From Candidatus Woesearchaeota archaeon (lineage in GTDB: Archaea > Nanobdellota > Nanobdellia > SCGC-AAA011-G17 > JACPNG01): DNA of 64,000 nucleotides. The stretch covers positions 53,838-117,837 of the forward strand of contig JACPNG010000009.1 of assembly GCA_016185605.1 (NCBI GenBank), read 5' to 3'. The position numbers were made by a program, and so were the translations under genes. Shown here in pieces: positions 1-8,986 of the stretch. The stretch's first letter is position 1, and every line of letters starts with the position of its first letter. The notes beneath the pieces were generated by a model that saw only the letters and a list, made by a program, of their open reading frames with translations, made no database searches and was not told the DNA's origin.

Positions 1-492
1 TCTTATCAATCCTTTTGAAGTTGTCATTATCACTACATTTTTTTCAGCTTTTTTTATCATTGTTTCTAAGTGCATATATAAGTTATGCCTTCCTCTTATG
101 GCTCCGCTTAAGTCGCTTGCATCAATAAATTCAATTCCCTGCTTATGCAGTAAATCCAATTCCTTTAATACTGGAGTGCCTTTTAGCGAATCTAATTTTT
201 TTAATCCATCATCTGCACTGTTTCTGACTAATTTCTTAGCCCTCTCAACAACCTCTTTTGGCTCTACTGCTATATATTTAATTGGCTTTCCAAGCTTCAT
301 CACTACAAAACCTTTTTTTTCCAATGACTCAAGAACATCATAAGCCCTTGATCTTGGAACATTCCCTATATCAGAAAGCTCTCCTGCTGTAGAAACACCA
401 CGAGAAAGAAGCGCTGTCCAGATTCTAACCTCATATAAGTTAAGGTCAAAAGAGCGCCTTAAATTGCTTAAAAATTCCTCCTTAACAATCAT
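1..492 (-). CDS. TrmB-family transcriptional regulator (3' end runs off the window)
   Basis: Not in the ORF track. Manual translation from ATG at 492: MIVKEEFLSNLRRSFDLNLYEVRIWTALLSRGVSTAGELSDIGNVPRSRAYDVLESLEKKGFV...GKPIKYIAVEP, a typical TrmB winged-helix N-terminus. Confidence 0.9.
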   Translation of the reverse strand, partial: MIVKEEFLSNLRRSFDLNLYEVRIWTALLSRGVSTAGELSDIGNVPRSRAYDVLESLEKKGFVVMKLGKPIKYIAVEPKEVVERAKKLVRNSADDGLKKLDSLKGTPVLKELDLLHKQGIEFIDASDLSGAIRGRHNLYMHLETMIKKAEKNVVIMTTSKGLIR

Positions 493-647
493 GTAAAATC
501 ATCTCCTTCCTCTTTTTAAAATATTGATAAGAATAACCACTTAAGATAAGATGTGGCTATTCACTTCTATCAAATGATACTATCTAACATAAAAAGCTTT
601 TACTTATATTTAAAGATTATTATCATTAAGTTGTATTTGAAATTATT

Positions 648-2399
648 TTATTTCCTTTGTTTGTTATATTCTTTTTTTATATCTTCTAATGAATAGATAT
701 CTTTTATTGATTTGTCTGGTCTTAATTGGATTACTCTTGGAAATCTCAACGCATATCCGCTGGAATAAGTTGGGCTTTTCTGAATTTCTGAATAGCCTAC
801 TTCAATAATTACTTCTGGCTTGACAATAACATTCTTTCCTTTTTCCTCTTTTATTAATGGCCTTAATAATCTAGTCATCTGATCAAAAGATACTCCTTCT
901 TCAGATTTTTCTTTTAATCCTGTTGAGACTTTTCCAACCTCTAATAACTCATCATTATGATTGCAAGCTACTGTATAGCTAGTAAGCCACTTTGACCTCT
1001 TGCCTTCGCCCCATTCTGCCTTTACAATTACCAAGTCAAATGTATCTGCTTTTGGTTTTATTTTAACTCCATAACCAACCCTTGAGCCGGGCTTGTATAT
1101 TCCTTCCAAATTTTTAGCCATTACTCCTTCTTCTCCTTGTGCTAAAGATTCCCTGAAGAATTTTTCAGCCTCATTTTTATCTTCTGTAATAAGCTGGTTG
1201 GCCAGAACTAATTTTAATTTTTCTTGCTTTGTTATTTTCTCCAGGATTTTTCTTCTTTCCCTAAAAGTTTCATTCAATAGATTTGCTCCATTATAATAAA
1301 TTATATCAAATATATTTAATTCAACTGGGAATTTTTTTGACATCTCTTTTATGTCATATTTTCTTTTAATCCTTTGAGAGATGCTTTGAAACGGCAGATA
1401 TTTATTTGTTTTTGGATTATAGCCGACAGCCTCGGAATCTATGATAAAATTGTCTGCTTTAATGTATTTTTTAACATATTCGACAACCTCTGGAAACTGC
1501 CTTGTGACATCCTCTAATCTTCTTGTGAATAACTTTATATTTCCATTCTTATCCCTGCTGACTTGCAACCTTACACCATCATATTTATATTCAAATGCGC
1601 ATGGCTTTCCGACAATCTTAAAGGCATCTTCTATATTCTCTGCCTTCTGGTATAACATAACATTAATTGGGTTTCCAGGAGTTAATTTCTCTTTTGCCAG
1701 CTCATCAATTCCTTTGGATTTTATTATCAACGCCACCTTAGAATAATCATTTGTCAAGTCATAAGCCCTCTGGACTTTCTCAATATAAAAATTGTATTTT
1801 TCCCTGTCTACTATGAAATTATTTTCTTTTTCATCATAATCAAAATTTATTTCCTTGTCAAAGAACGCCCAGACAATAGCATCCCTAACTATTCCTTCTG
1901 CTATTCCTACCCTTAATATTCCAAGAACATTCTTGACAATAAATTTTGCCTCTATGGGCTTTGCTGAGGTAAGCAATTCAGAAACTAACTGGACTTTTTT
2001 GTTTACTGTTCCCTTGCCTTCCAATTCAGCAAGTTTTCTTAGATTTTCCATTACTTTTTTTACAGTTAGTGTATTTCTTGTTAATGTCCTTTGTTTGTTC
2101 TTTTCTATTAGTATAAACGCAACATTTCCAAGGTCTCCCTCTTTGCTCCATAATTTTTCCACTTCATTTGCTGAATCTCCTGTTACAGAACTTAAAACTT
2201 TTATAATTAATTTTGAACTCATTCCAATCTCTCTTTGATCCCATTGGGGAAATATTCTTCCCTGAACTAAGTATATAATATATTCTATGTCATCTTTTTG
2301 TGTTTTTTTAAGGAGATTAGACAGAATGTGAGTTTTTTCCAATCTCTTGGATGTCTTTTCCAATTTCTCAAATACCTCAACCAAATCAATATAATCCAT
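648..2399 (-). CDS. lig: ATP-dependent DNA ligase, archaeal type
   Basis: Motif I EYKYDGVR, EGVMAK, Y.PGSR and LRFPR motifs; 583 aa with N-terminal DNA-binding domain. Confidence 0.97.
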   Translation of the reverse strand: MDYIDLVEVFEKLEKTSKRLEKTHILSNLLKKTQKDDIEYIIYLVQGRIFPQWDQREIGMSSKLIIKVLSSVTGDSANEVEKLWSKEGDLGNVAFILIEKNKQRTLTRNTLTVKKVMENLRKLAELEGKGTVNKKVQLVSELLTSAKPIEAKFIVKNVLGILRVGIAEGIVRDAIVWAFFDKEINFDYDEKENNFIVDREKYNFYIEKVQRAYDLTNDYSKVALIIKSKGIDELAKEKLTPGNPINVMLYQKAENIEDAFKIVGKPCAFEYKYDGVRLQVSRDKNGNIKLFTRRLEDVTRQFPEVVEYVKKYIKADNFIIDSEAVGYNPKTNKYLPFQSISQRIKRKYDIKEMSKKFPVELNIFDIIYYNGANLLNETFRERRKILEKITKQEKLKLVLANQLITEDKNEAEKFFRESLAQGEEGVMAKNLEGIYKPGSRVGYGVKIKPKADTFDLVIVKAEWGEGKRSKWLTSYTVACNHNDELLEVGKVSTGLKEKSEEGVSFDQMTRLLRPLIKEEKGKNVIVKPEVIIEVGYSEIQKSPTYSSGYALRFPRVIQLRPDKSIKDIYSLEDIKKEYNKQRK

Positions 2400-2471
2400 G
2401 ATATGATTGGTTATTGGAAATTTATAAAGATAATTAAGAAAATTTATATATAAACTAATTTTAGGAATAGG

Positions 2472-3116
2472 ATGGAATTAAAGGATGCAATAATAACAAG
2501 AAGAAGCTATACGAAATATTTAGACAAAAAAGTGGATCTTAAGCTAATAGCTGATATTCTAAATACAGCAATTTATGCCCCTTCTTCTGGGAACATGCAG
2601 AATTGGTATATTGTTTTGGTTGACGATGATGATAAAAGGGAAAAAATAGCAAATGCCTCTCTAAAACAACTCTGGATGCTCCAAGCCCCAATACATATTG
2701 TCATTTGCGACAAGAAGCAGGACATGAAGAGAATGTATGGAAAAAAAGCAGATGAATTTGGATTACAAAATTGTGCTGCATTGGCCCAGAATATTTTATT
2801 ATTAGCAACAGAGGCTGGATTAGCTTCATGCTGGGTTGGAAGCTTTGACAAAGAGGCTGTAAGCAGGGTTATCGGGGCATCCCCAAATGAAGAGCCTCAG
2901 ATAATAATCACTCTAGGCTATAGCAATGATAATCCTAAATCTACTAGGCATGAACTGGATAAGGTTTGCTGCTTTAATAATTGCGGGGCTAGAATAAAGG
3001 GTTTTGATTTGTTTCCATTGGAAAAATATACAACTAAAATGGAAAAAAAGATGAAAAAAGAGAGCAAAAGTTTATTTGAGAGGATAAAAAAATTATTCAG
3101 AAGAAGTGAAAATTAA
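2472..3116 (+). CDS. Nitroreductase family protein
   Basis: N-terminal RRS, APSSGNMQNW and GLASCWVG motifs. Confidence 0.9.
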   Translation: MELKDAIITRRSYTKYLDKKVDLKLIADILNTAIYAPSSGNMQNWYIVLVDDDDKREKIANASLKQLWMLQAPIHIVICDKKQDMKRMYGKKADEFGLQNCAALAQNILLLATEAGLASCWVGSFDKEAVSRVIGASPNEEPQIIITLGYSNDNPKSTRHELDKVCCFNNCGARIKGFDLFPLEKYTTKMEKKMKKESKSLFERIKKLFRRSEN

Positions 3117-3182
3117 TATAATTATTTTTTCTTAGATTTTATTTTTCTATAAATTAATCTATAGATAAATTTTCAAAAAATA

Positions 3183-3255
3183 ATAAAAAAGAAAAAAGCT
3201 GGTACATTGTACCAGCAAGAGTAAAGAAGGGCTTCTCTTTGGGGGGTCTGCCCTT
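3183..3255 (-). terminator. Hairpin(s) plus T-tract downstream of ftsZ
   Basis: GCTGGTACA-T-TGTACCAGC (3198-3216) is followed on the minus strand by TTTTTTCTTTTTT. A second stem AAGGGC/GCCCTT spans 3227-3255, just past the ftsZ stop. Confidence 0.55.
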
Positions 3256-3257
3256 AA

Positions 3258-4328
3258 TTATCTAACTAAGTCAATTCCCAGTTCCCTGCTCAAGTGCATT
3301 GCTTGCGAACTTGGCTTTTTGTGGTCAACTCTTCCGAGTATATAGGGACTGTTGACTCCAGTTATGATTGTCATAACTCTGAACTTGCCTTTCATGTCTT
3401 CACTTATTCTGGCTCCCCAGATTACATTAGCATCTTCATCTAATGCTTCAGTTACCATCTCGCCAGCTTTAGCTACCTCATCTAAGGTTAAGTCTGATCC
3501 ACCAGAAACATGGATTAATGCTCCTGTTGCTCCCTCATAGCTAACATCCAACAAAGGATTTGTCAAGGCTCTTCTTACAGCCTCTTCTACCCTTCTTTCG
3601 CTGTTGGCTTCTCCAATTCCTATAACAGATACATCTCCATTGCTCATAATAGCTTTTACATCTGCATAGTCTAGGTTAACCAAGCTTGGAACAGCTATTG
3701 TTTCTACTATACCTTTAATCATTGTTGCTACTAATTCATTGGCTACTGCAAAAGCCTGTTCAATTGGCAAGTTTCCAGCTATCTGTACTAATCTATTATT
3801 GTCTATTACAATAACAGTGTCTGAGACATTTCTCAGCTGTTGCAATCCAAATTCAGCTTTATCTATTCTAGCTCTCTCAATATCAAAAGGCATTGTTACT
3901 GTGCCAATAACAATTGCACCCATCTCCTTAGCTAGTTGTGCAACTACTGGTGCTGATCCAGTTCCTGTTCCTCCACCCATTCCAGCACATACAAAAACCA
4001 TATCAGTATCTTTTAGGGCCTCTCTTATCTCATGAATTTGCTCCTTTGCAGCTTCTCTTCCTTTTTCAGGATATCCGCCGCATCCTAAACCTCTTGTCAA
4101 ATCCCTTCCAATAAGGACTTTTCTATCTGCATTTACAATATCTAGATGCTGCTTATCTGTATTCATAGCAACTACCTCTGCCCCTTGTATTCCTTTCTTA
4201 AATAGCCAGTTGGCCATATTAGTGCCACCGCCACCACATCCTACAACCTTTATATTTGCTTGTCCCATAACATATTCTGTTTTATTCTCTTTGCTTGCCT
4301 GGATTGCGTTTTGCACAATGAATTCCAT
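3258..4328 (-). CDS. ftsZ: Cell division GTPase FtsZ (archaeal, probably FtsZ2-like)
   Basis: GCGGGGTN, AGMGGGTGTG tubulin signature, NLDYAD T7 loop; GGGGGT ribosome-binding site (RBS) upstream. Confidence 0.97.
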   Translation of the reverse strand: MEFIVQNAIQASKENKTEYVMGQANIKVVGCGGGGTNMANWLFKKGIQGAEVVAMNTDKQHLDIVNADRKVLIGRDLTRGLGCGGYPEKGREAAKEQIHEIREALKDTDMVFVCAGMGGGTGTGSAPVVAQLAKEMGAIVIGTVTMPFDIERARIDKAEFGLQQLRNVSDTVIVIDNNRLVQIAGNLPIEQAFAVANELVATMIKGIVETIAVPSLVNLDYADVKAIMSNGDVSVIGIGEANSERRVEEAVRRALTNPLLDVSYEGATGALIHVSGGSDLTLDEVAKAGEMVTEALDEDANVIWGARISEDMKGKFRVMTIITGVNSPYILGRVDHKKPSSQAMHLSRELGIDLVR

Positions 4329-4412
4329 TTTTTTACCCCCTTATTATATATTTTAGCACAATAAACTTTATATATCTAGTTTGATTTGTACCTTTTAGAA
4401 AAAGTTATTATT

Positions 4413-4509
4413 TGCCCAAATAATATACTCAGAATACATAAAACTAAATAGGTTTGATTAATACCTACAAACAATCAATGCCCAATGGTTTTAATGCCCA
4501 ATTAAAACC
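4413..4509. promoter_or_regulatory. Repeated TGCCCAA motif and 9-bp inverted repeat upstream of ftsZ
   Basis: TGCCCAA at 4413, 4479 and 4495; GGTTTTAAT-gccca-ATTAAAACC at 4487-4509. Confidence 0.35.
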
Positions 4510-4656
4510 TTAATTTGATTTGTTGGTTTTCTTTTATATTATAATTTTAACAATATAATAAATTGATATATAAAGTTTTATCACTCTTAATATATATATT
4601 ATAGTATATAATCCTATTTTAGCAATATTTTAAAAATCCAAATAATTCTATATCTC

Positions 4657-4995
4657 ATGGAAAATTCAAAGAAAACCACCATAAGAATATGCACCAGGCC
4701 ATGCGATGTTCTACTGGCTAGATTAATTAGATTGAGGCATATATTCATAATTGACGAATACAATAATATATATGAATTTTCCAGAAATATAAAAGGAACA
4801 AAAGAACTGACTAAATGGTATCTAGAAAATAATCCCGATAAGATAAATGTAAAAAAAATCAACGTGAACAGAAAATTGTTTTACAGGGTAGTAAGAATAC
4901 AGAGAAGAATCATAAAAAGAAAGGAGTATGATATAATGAATTATAACTGCCATACCTATGTAAACTCAATATTAATTAATTTAAATAAGTTCTAA
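4657..4995 (+). CDS. Small hypothetical protein, possible permuted papain-like (PPPDE/LRAT-type) thiol hydrolase
   Basis: His early in the chain (LRHIFII) and C-terminal YDIMNYNCHTYV, matching the Y-x4-NC pattern. Confidence 0.5.
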   Translation: MENSKKTTIRICTRPCDVLLARLIRLRHIFIIDEYNNIYEFSRNIKGTKELTKWYLENNPDKINVKKINVNRKLFYRVVRIQRRIIKRKEYDIMNYNCHTYVNSILINLNKF

Positions 4996-5036
4996 ACAAT
5001 AATAAAATTTAAAATATAATCTTTCTTAGATTTTGC

Positions 5037-5462
5037 ATGGATTTAAATAGCTATGTTGATATTATAGTTATAGACTACAAAAAACTATTGATAAGATTTC
5101 TTATTTTTATCCATATACTTTTTTTTATCAGCTGGATAGGATTATTCTTCATTCCAAGATCTATATGGCCAGACAGGATATTCTATCATTTTTGGTATGT
5201 TGCTGGAGTTATTGGGCTAAATTTAGTCTGGGGCGGATTCTTAAGATTAAAACACAAGAATGGAAATCTATTTGTATGCCCGCTAACAACTATGACTCAA
5301 TATCTCAGGGGATACAATATTAGTGATAAGATGAATAATAAATATCTATTTGTAGGCGAGGTATTATCAAAGTTTAATATAAAATACTCGAAAAGCATTA
5401 TGGTAGTTGGCGGAACTTTGAGTTTGTTGATAATTAGCCTTCAATATTTTATGATTTACTGA
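5037..5462 (+). CDS. Membrane protein, DUF2784-like
   Basis: Three hydrophobic segments, conserved His residues and a CPLT motif. Confidence 0.6.
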   Translation: MDLNSYVDIIVIDYKKLLIRFLIFIHILFFISWIGLFFIPRSIWPDRIFYHFWYVAGVIGLNLVWGGFLRLKHKNGNLFVCPLTTMTQYLRGYNISDKMNNKYLFVGEVLSKFNIKYSKSIMVVGGTLSLLIISLQYFMIY

Positions 5463-5497
5463 ATAAGTTTTTATATTAGTGTTATTTAATCTTCTCT

Positions 5498-6778
5498 ATG
5501 AAAGTTGGCGATTTAATAAAAATTAAAACTTCTAATGCAGAATATGAGGGAGATCTAATGCCAAGCCTTAACAAAGATATTATAACCTTGAAATTAAAAA
5601 ACGGCTATAACATCGGAATAGAAAAAAGCAGAATAAAAAATATTAAGATTTTAAAGAAACACAAAGAACTAAAAATCCGAAAAGAAAAAGTAAAATTCAA
5701 TAAAAATCTTCCTACTATTTCTATAATACATACTGGAGGAACTATAGCTTCTGAAGTAGACTATAAAACTGGCGGTGTAGTAGCTAGATTTACTTCAGAA
5801 GAATTACTATCAATGTTTCCAGAGTTAAATGAGATTGCCAATATCAATAGTGTTTTCTTGTCAAACATGTTCTCAGAGGATATGAGATTCAAGCATTACT
5901 CATTAATAGCCAATGCTGTAGTCAAAGAGATAAAAAAAGGAGTCAAGGGGGTTATAATCGGTCATGGAACAGACACAATGCATTATACCTCTGCAGCATT
6001 ATCATTCATGCTTGAAAATTTACCTATTCCAGTTATTCTAGTTGGAGCGCAAAGATCTTCAGACAGACCAAGTTCAGACGCTGCTATAAATCTAATATGC
6101 GCAGCTGAATTTATTGCCAAAACTGATTTTACAGGAGTTGGAATATGCATGCACGAGTCGATTAACGATGACAACTGTATTATTCTACCGGCATGTAAAA
6201 CAAGAAAATTCCACACAAGCAGAAGAGATGCATTCAAGCCAGTTAATTCAAATATAATAGCAAGAATAAATTATAAAACAAAGTCAATGGAATTCTTGTA
6301 TAAATATGAAAAGAATAAAGGTCCTGTTAAATTATTAGATAAGATGGAAGAAAAAGTTGGTATAGTAAAAGTCCATCCAAATTTCATGCCAGAGCAGTTT
6401 GAATTTTTCAGAAAAAATAAATATAAAGGATTAATAATAGAAGGAACTGGATTGGGACAAGCTCCAGTTGGAACTCTTAATCCTCTATCAAAAATAAACT
6501 CTAAGAATTTGAAAGCCATTAAAGACTTGATTAAATCTGGCTGTGTTGTTGTGATGACTTCCCAATGCATCTTTGGAAGGGTGCAGATGCATGTTTACAG
6601 CAATGCAATTGATTTGGTTAATTCTGGAGTAATTCCTGGAGAAGATATGCTAAGTGAGGTTGCTTTCATTAAGCTTTCTTGGCTGTTGGGAAATTTTAGA
6701 AATAAAGCAAATGATTTAATTAGAGAAAATTTAAGAGGAGAGATTAACAACAGATTAATGCCATATCATTTCTTATGA
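5498..6778 (+). CDS. gatD: Glu-tRNA(Gln) amidotransferase subunit D
   Basis: N-terminal LKLKNGYNIG domain plus asparaginase motifs TGGTIAS, HGTDT, GAQRSSDRPSSD and HTSRRDAF. Confidence 0.96.
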   Translation: MKVGDLIKIKTSNAEYEGDLMPSLNKDIITLKLKNGYNIGIEKSRIKNIKILKKHKELKIRKEKVKFNKNLPTISIIHTGGTIASEVDYKTGGVVARFTSEELLSMFPELNEIANINSVFLSNMFSEDMRFKHYSLIANAVVKEIKKGVKGVIIGHGTDTMHYTSAALSFMLENLPIPVILVGAQRSSDRPSSDAAINLICAAEFIAKTDFTGVGICMHESINDDNCIILPACKTRKFHTSRRDAFKPVNSNIIARINYKTKSMEFLYKYEKNKGPVKLLDKMEEKVGIVKVHPNFMPEQFEFFRKNKYKGLIIEGTGLGQAPVGTLNPLSKINSKNLKAIKDLIKSGCVVVMTSQCIFGRVQMHVYSNAIDLVNSGVIPGEDMLSEVAFIKLSWLLGNFRNKANDLIRENLRGEINNRLMPYHFL

Positions 6779-6790
6779 ATGTTTGTTTAA

Positions 6791-6859
6791 GACATTGAAA
6801 AAAAATGGAAAGTATATATTCCTTTTAATGCAGCTGATTTAGAGAGGTATAAAGAATGA
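6791..6859 (+). pseudogene. Orphan 3' remnant of a gene that overlapped the next start (putative lost partner/antitoxin)
   Basis: Startless frame DIEKKWKVYIPFNAADLERYKE*, whose stop overlaps the ATG at 6856 (ATGA coupling). Confidence 0.4.
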
Positions 6860-7514
6860 TTGATTTAAACAAGCAAAATGAATTGTTTAAAATATTTGGC
6901 GAGAAACTAAAGAAAAAAACAGAATGTTATGTTATTGGGGGCTCTGCTATGATCTATTATGGAATGAAAGATTCAACTAAATATATTGATCTTGTTTTTG
7001 AAAAAGAAAAAGACAGAGAATATATTGTGAAATTACTAAATGATCTGGGCTACAGAGAAAGAAAACAAGTGTTTTGTATTTCAAAAAGAAAAACACTCCA
7101 ATCCTTTTGCAAAGGGAAGATATAAGATTTGATCTGTTTTTTTATAAAATTATCAGCACAGTTCTTAGCGAAGGCATGAAAGACAGAATAAGATCTGTTT
7201 ATGAATATTCAAATTTTATTATTAAAGTTTTATCTCCAGAAGACTTAATTATTACAAAATGCGCAACTGAAAGGGCAGGTGATAGGGTTGATGCTGCTGA
7301 AATTATAAAGAAAACTGAAATTGACTGGAATATATTAATTAATGAAAGCATCTACCAATCAAAGGCAACACCATATTTATTTCCTGTATTTTTATTTGAT
7401 TTCTTATATGAATTAAAAGAAGATTTAAATGCTGATATCCCCAAAGAGGTTATAAATAAGATTAGAAAAATCGCAGAAGAGATGTTAGTTGAAAGAGTAA
7501 AGAAAAAGAAATAG
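6856..7514 (+). pseudogene. Frameshifted DUF6036/AbiEii-like nucleotidyltransferase
   Basis: ORF 6856-7125 (IGGSAM...STKYIDL) and ORF 7074-7514 (SPEDLIITK...R.GDRVD) join after a 1-nt shift near 7062-7065. The expected TKDID motif reads TKYID. Confidence 0.75.
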
Positions 7515-7640
7515 TGCACAGGATAAGAAAAGTCACTATGTTTAATACAGTTGTGTTGGAGAGATGAATAATTATATACTAAGAATAAATAGCTATTAAA
7601 TATAATAATCTTTATAAAATTAATACCTAATATAAATCAA

Positions 7641-8909
7641 ATGATGTTTAGAACAAAGTTAATACTAATATACTCTATTCTTTTTTTTGTCATAGGATCC
7701 ATTTTTGGTTATGGTTTAGCAAACTATTGGCCTTATATCAAATTAAGCAATACAACAAAAGCAGGAGACAATGAAATAGTTTTAGCCACCGGTCATTTTG
7801 TACAGGAAATAAATAAAGAAACAGGGAAAAAAGAGTATGTTGGCAAAGATGCGCAGATTATAATCATAGATGTTGCAAAGGGAACTAAAGAGATAATAAA
7901 CAATAATATTTCCAATGTAGAACATAAGGCAGCTATTGGAGATGTTGATAATGACGGGTTGAATGAGATTGTTGGAGGTGGTGGGGGCGGTGGAAACCCT
8001 GATTATAATGCAAGTCTAATTGTATATAGACTAATGAACAATAATTGGGTTGAAGAATTAATATGGATGCCTCAAGATGTAAGAGTAAGGGATGTTGAGA
8101 TAGGAGATGTTGATAATGATGATAAAAATGATATTGTTGCTATCACTCATGAAAAAGGTGTTATGGGAATACTTTCCTTTAAGAATAACGAATGGATTAA
8201 AAGGGAATTAATGGATAAATTTTCTGAGATAACTTATGTCCATGAGGTTGAGATAGGGGATGTTGATAACGATAGGTTGAATGAAATTTTCACTACTCCA
8301 ACTGATCCCAATGTTGAACTTGGTGAAAAACAACCAGGTATTATTTCTATGTTCAAATGGGATGGTCTTAAATTTAATAGATTCCAAGTAGATCATTTTG
8401 ATGATGCACATTCCAAAGAAATTGTTATTGGCGATGTTGATAATGACAACCAATTGGAGTTAATTGCAGCTGTTGATGGCCTTAATAATCCAAGAACATA
8501 TCTAAAAATTAAGAAATATGAATGGATTGATAATCAGTTAAAAGGAGAAATAATCTGGGAATTTGATAATGAACTTAAATCAAGAACAATGGCTGTTGGA
8601 GACATTGATAATAATGGAGAGAATGAACTACTAATAGGAACAAGCTCTTCAGGATTAGTATACTTATATTTTAAAGACAATAAATGGTTTAAGGGATTTA
8701 TAGATGAAGATTTACCAAATATACATTCTGTAGCTATCGGAGATGTAGACAAGGACGGATTGAATGAGGTAATCGGAGCTTCTGATGATTTAAGCATAGT
8801 AAACATGTATAAATTAAAGGATAATGAATGGAAAAAAACTAATCTTATACAACTTCCAGAAGATTATTGGATATGGGCTATAGACATAGGAAATGTAGAT
8901 AATGATTAG
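7641..8909 (+). CDS. Membrane-anchored/secreted FG-GAP (VCBS) repeat beta-propeller protein
   Basis: N-terminal TM; seven GD(V/I)DND-type repeats. Confidence 0.88.
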   Translation: MMFRTKLILIYSILFFVIGSIFGYGLANYWPYIKLSNTTKAGDNEIVLATGHFVQEINKETGKKEYVGKDAQIIIIDVAKGTKEIINNNISNVEHKAAIGDVDNDGLNEIVGGGGGGGNPDYNASLIVYRLMNNNWVEELIWMPQDVRVRDVEIGDVDNDDKNDIVAITHEKGVMGILSFKNNEWIKRELMDKFSEITYVHEVEIGDVDNDRLNEIFTTPTDPNVELGEKQPGIISMFKWDGLKFNRFQVDHFDDAHSKEIVIGDVDNDNQLELIAAVDGLNNPRTYLKIKKYEWIDNQLKGEIIWEFDNELKSRTMAVGDIDNNGENELLIGTSSSGLVYLYFKDNKWFKGFIDEDLPNIHSVAIGDVDKDGLNEVIGASDDLSIVNMYKLKDNEWKKTNLIQLPEDYWIWAIDIGNVDND

Positions 8910-8986
8910 TTTTATTAATATATATAATTCTAATATATTCATTATAAAATAGTCTTATTTATATAAAGTCTATAAGTATTAGATTT

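Noticed and set aside
98-343. Plus-strand 81-aa ORF, and the many other short antisense ORFs in the track
   Set aside because: They lie opposite well-supported genes (here TrmB) and show no motifs; treated as shadow ORFs.
4329-4656. cdrS-like ribbon-helix-helix gene upstream of ftsZ
   Set aside because: Only a 14-codon ATG ORF on the minus strand was found, with no RHH pattern.
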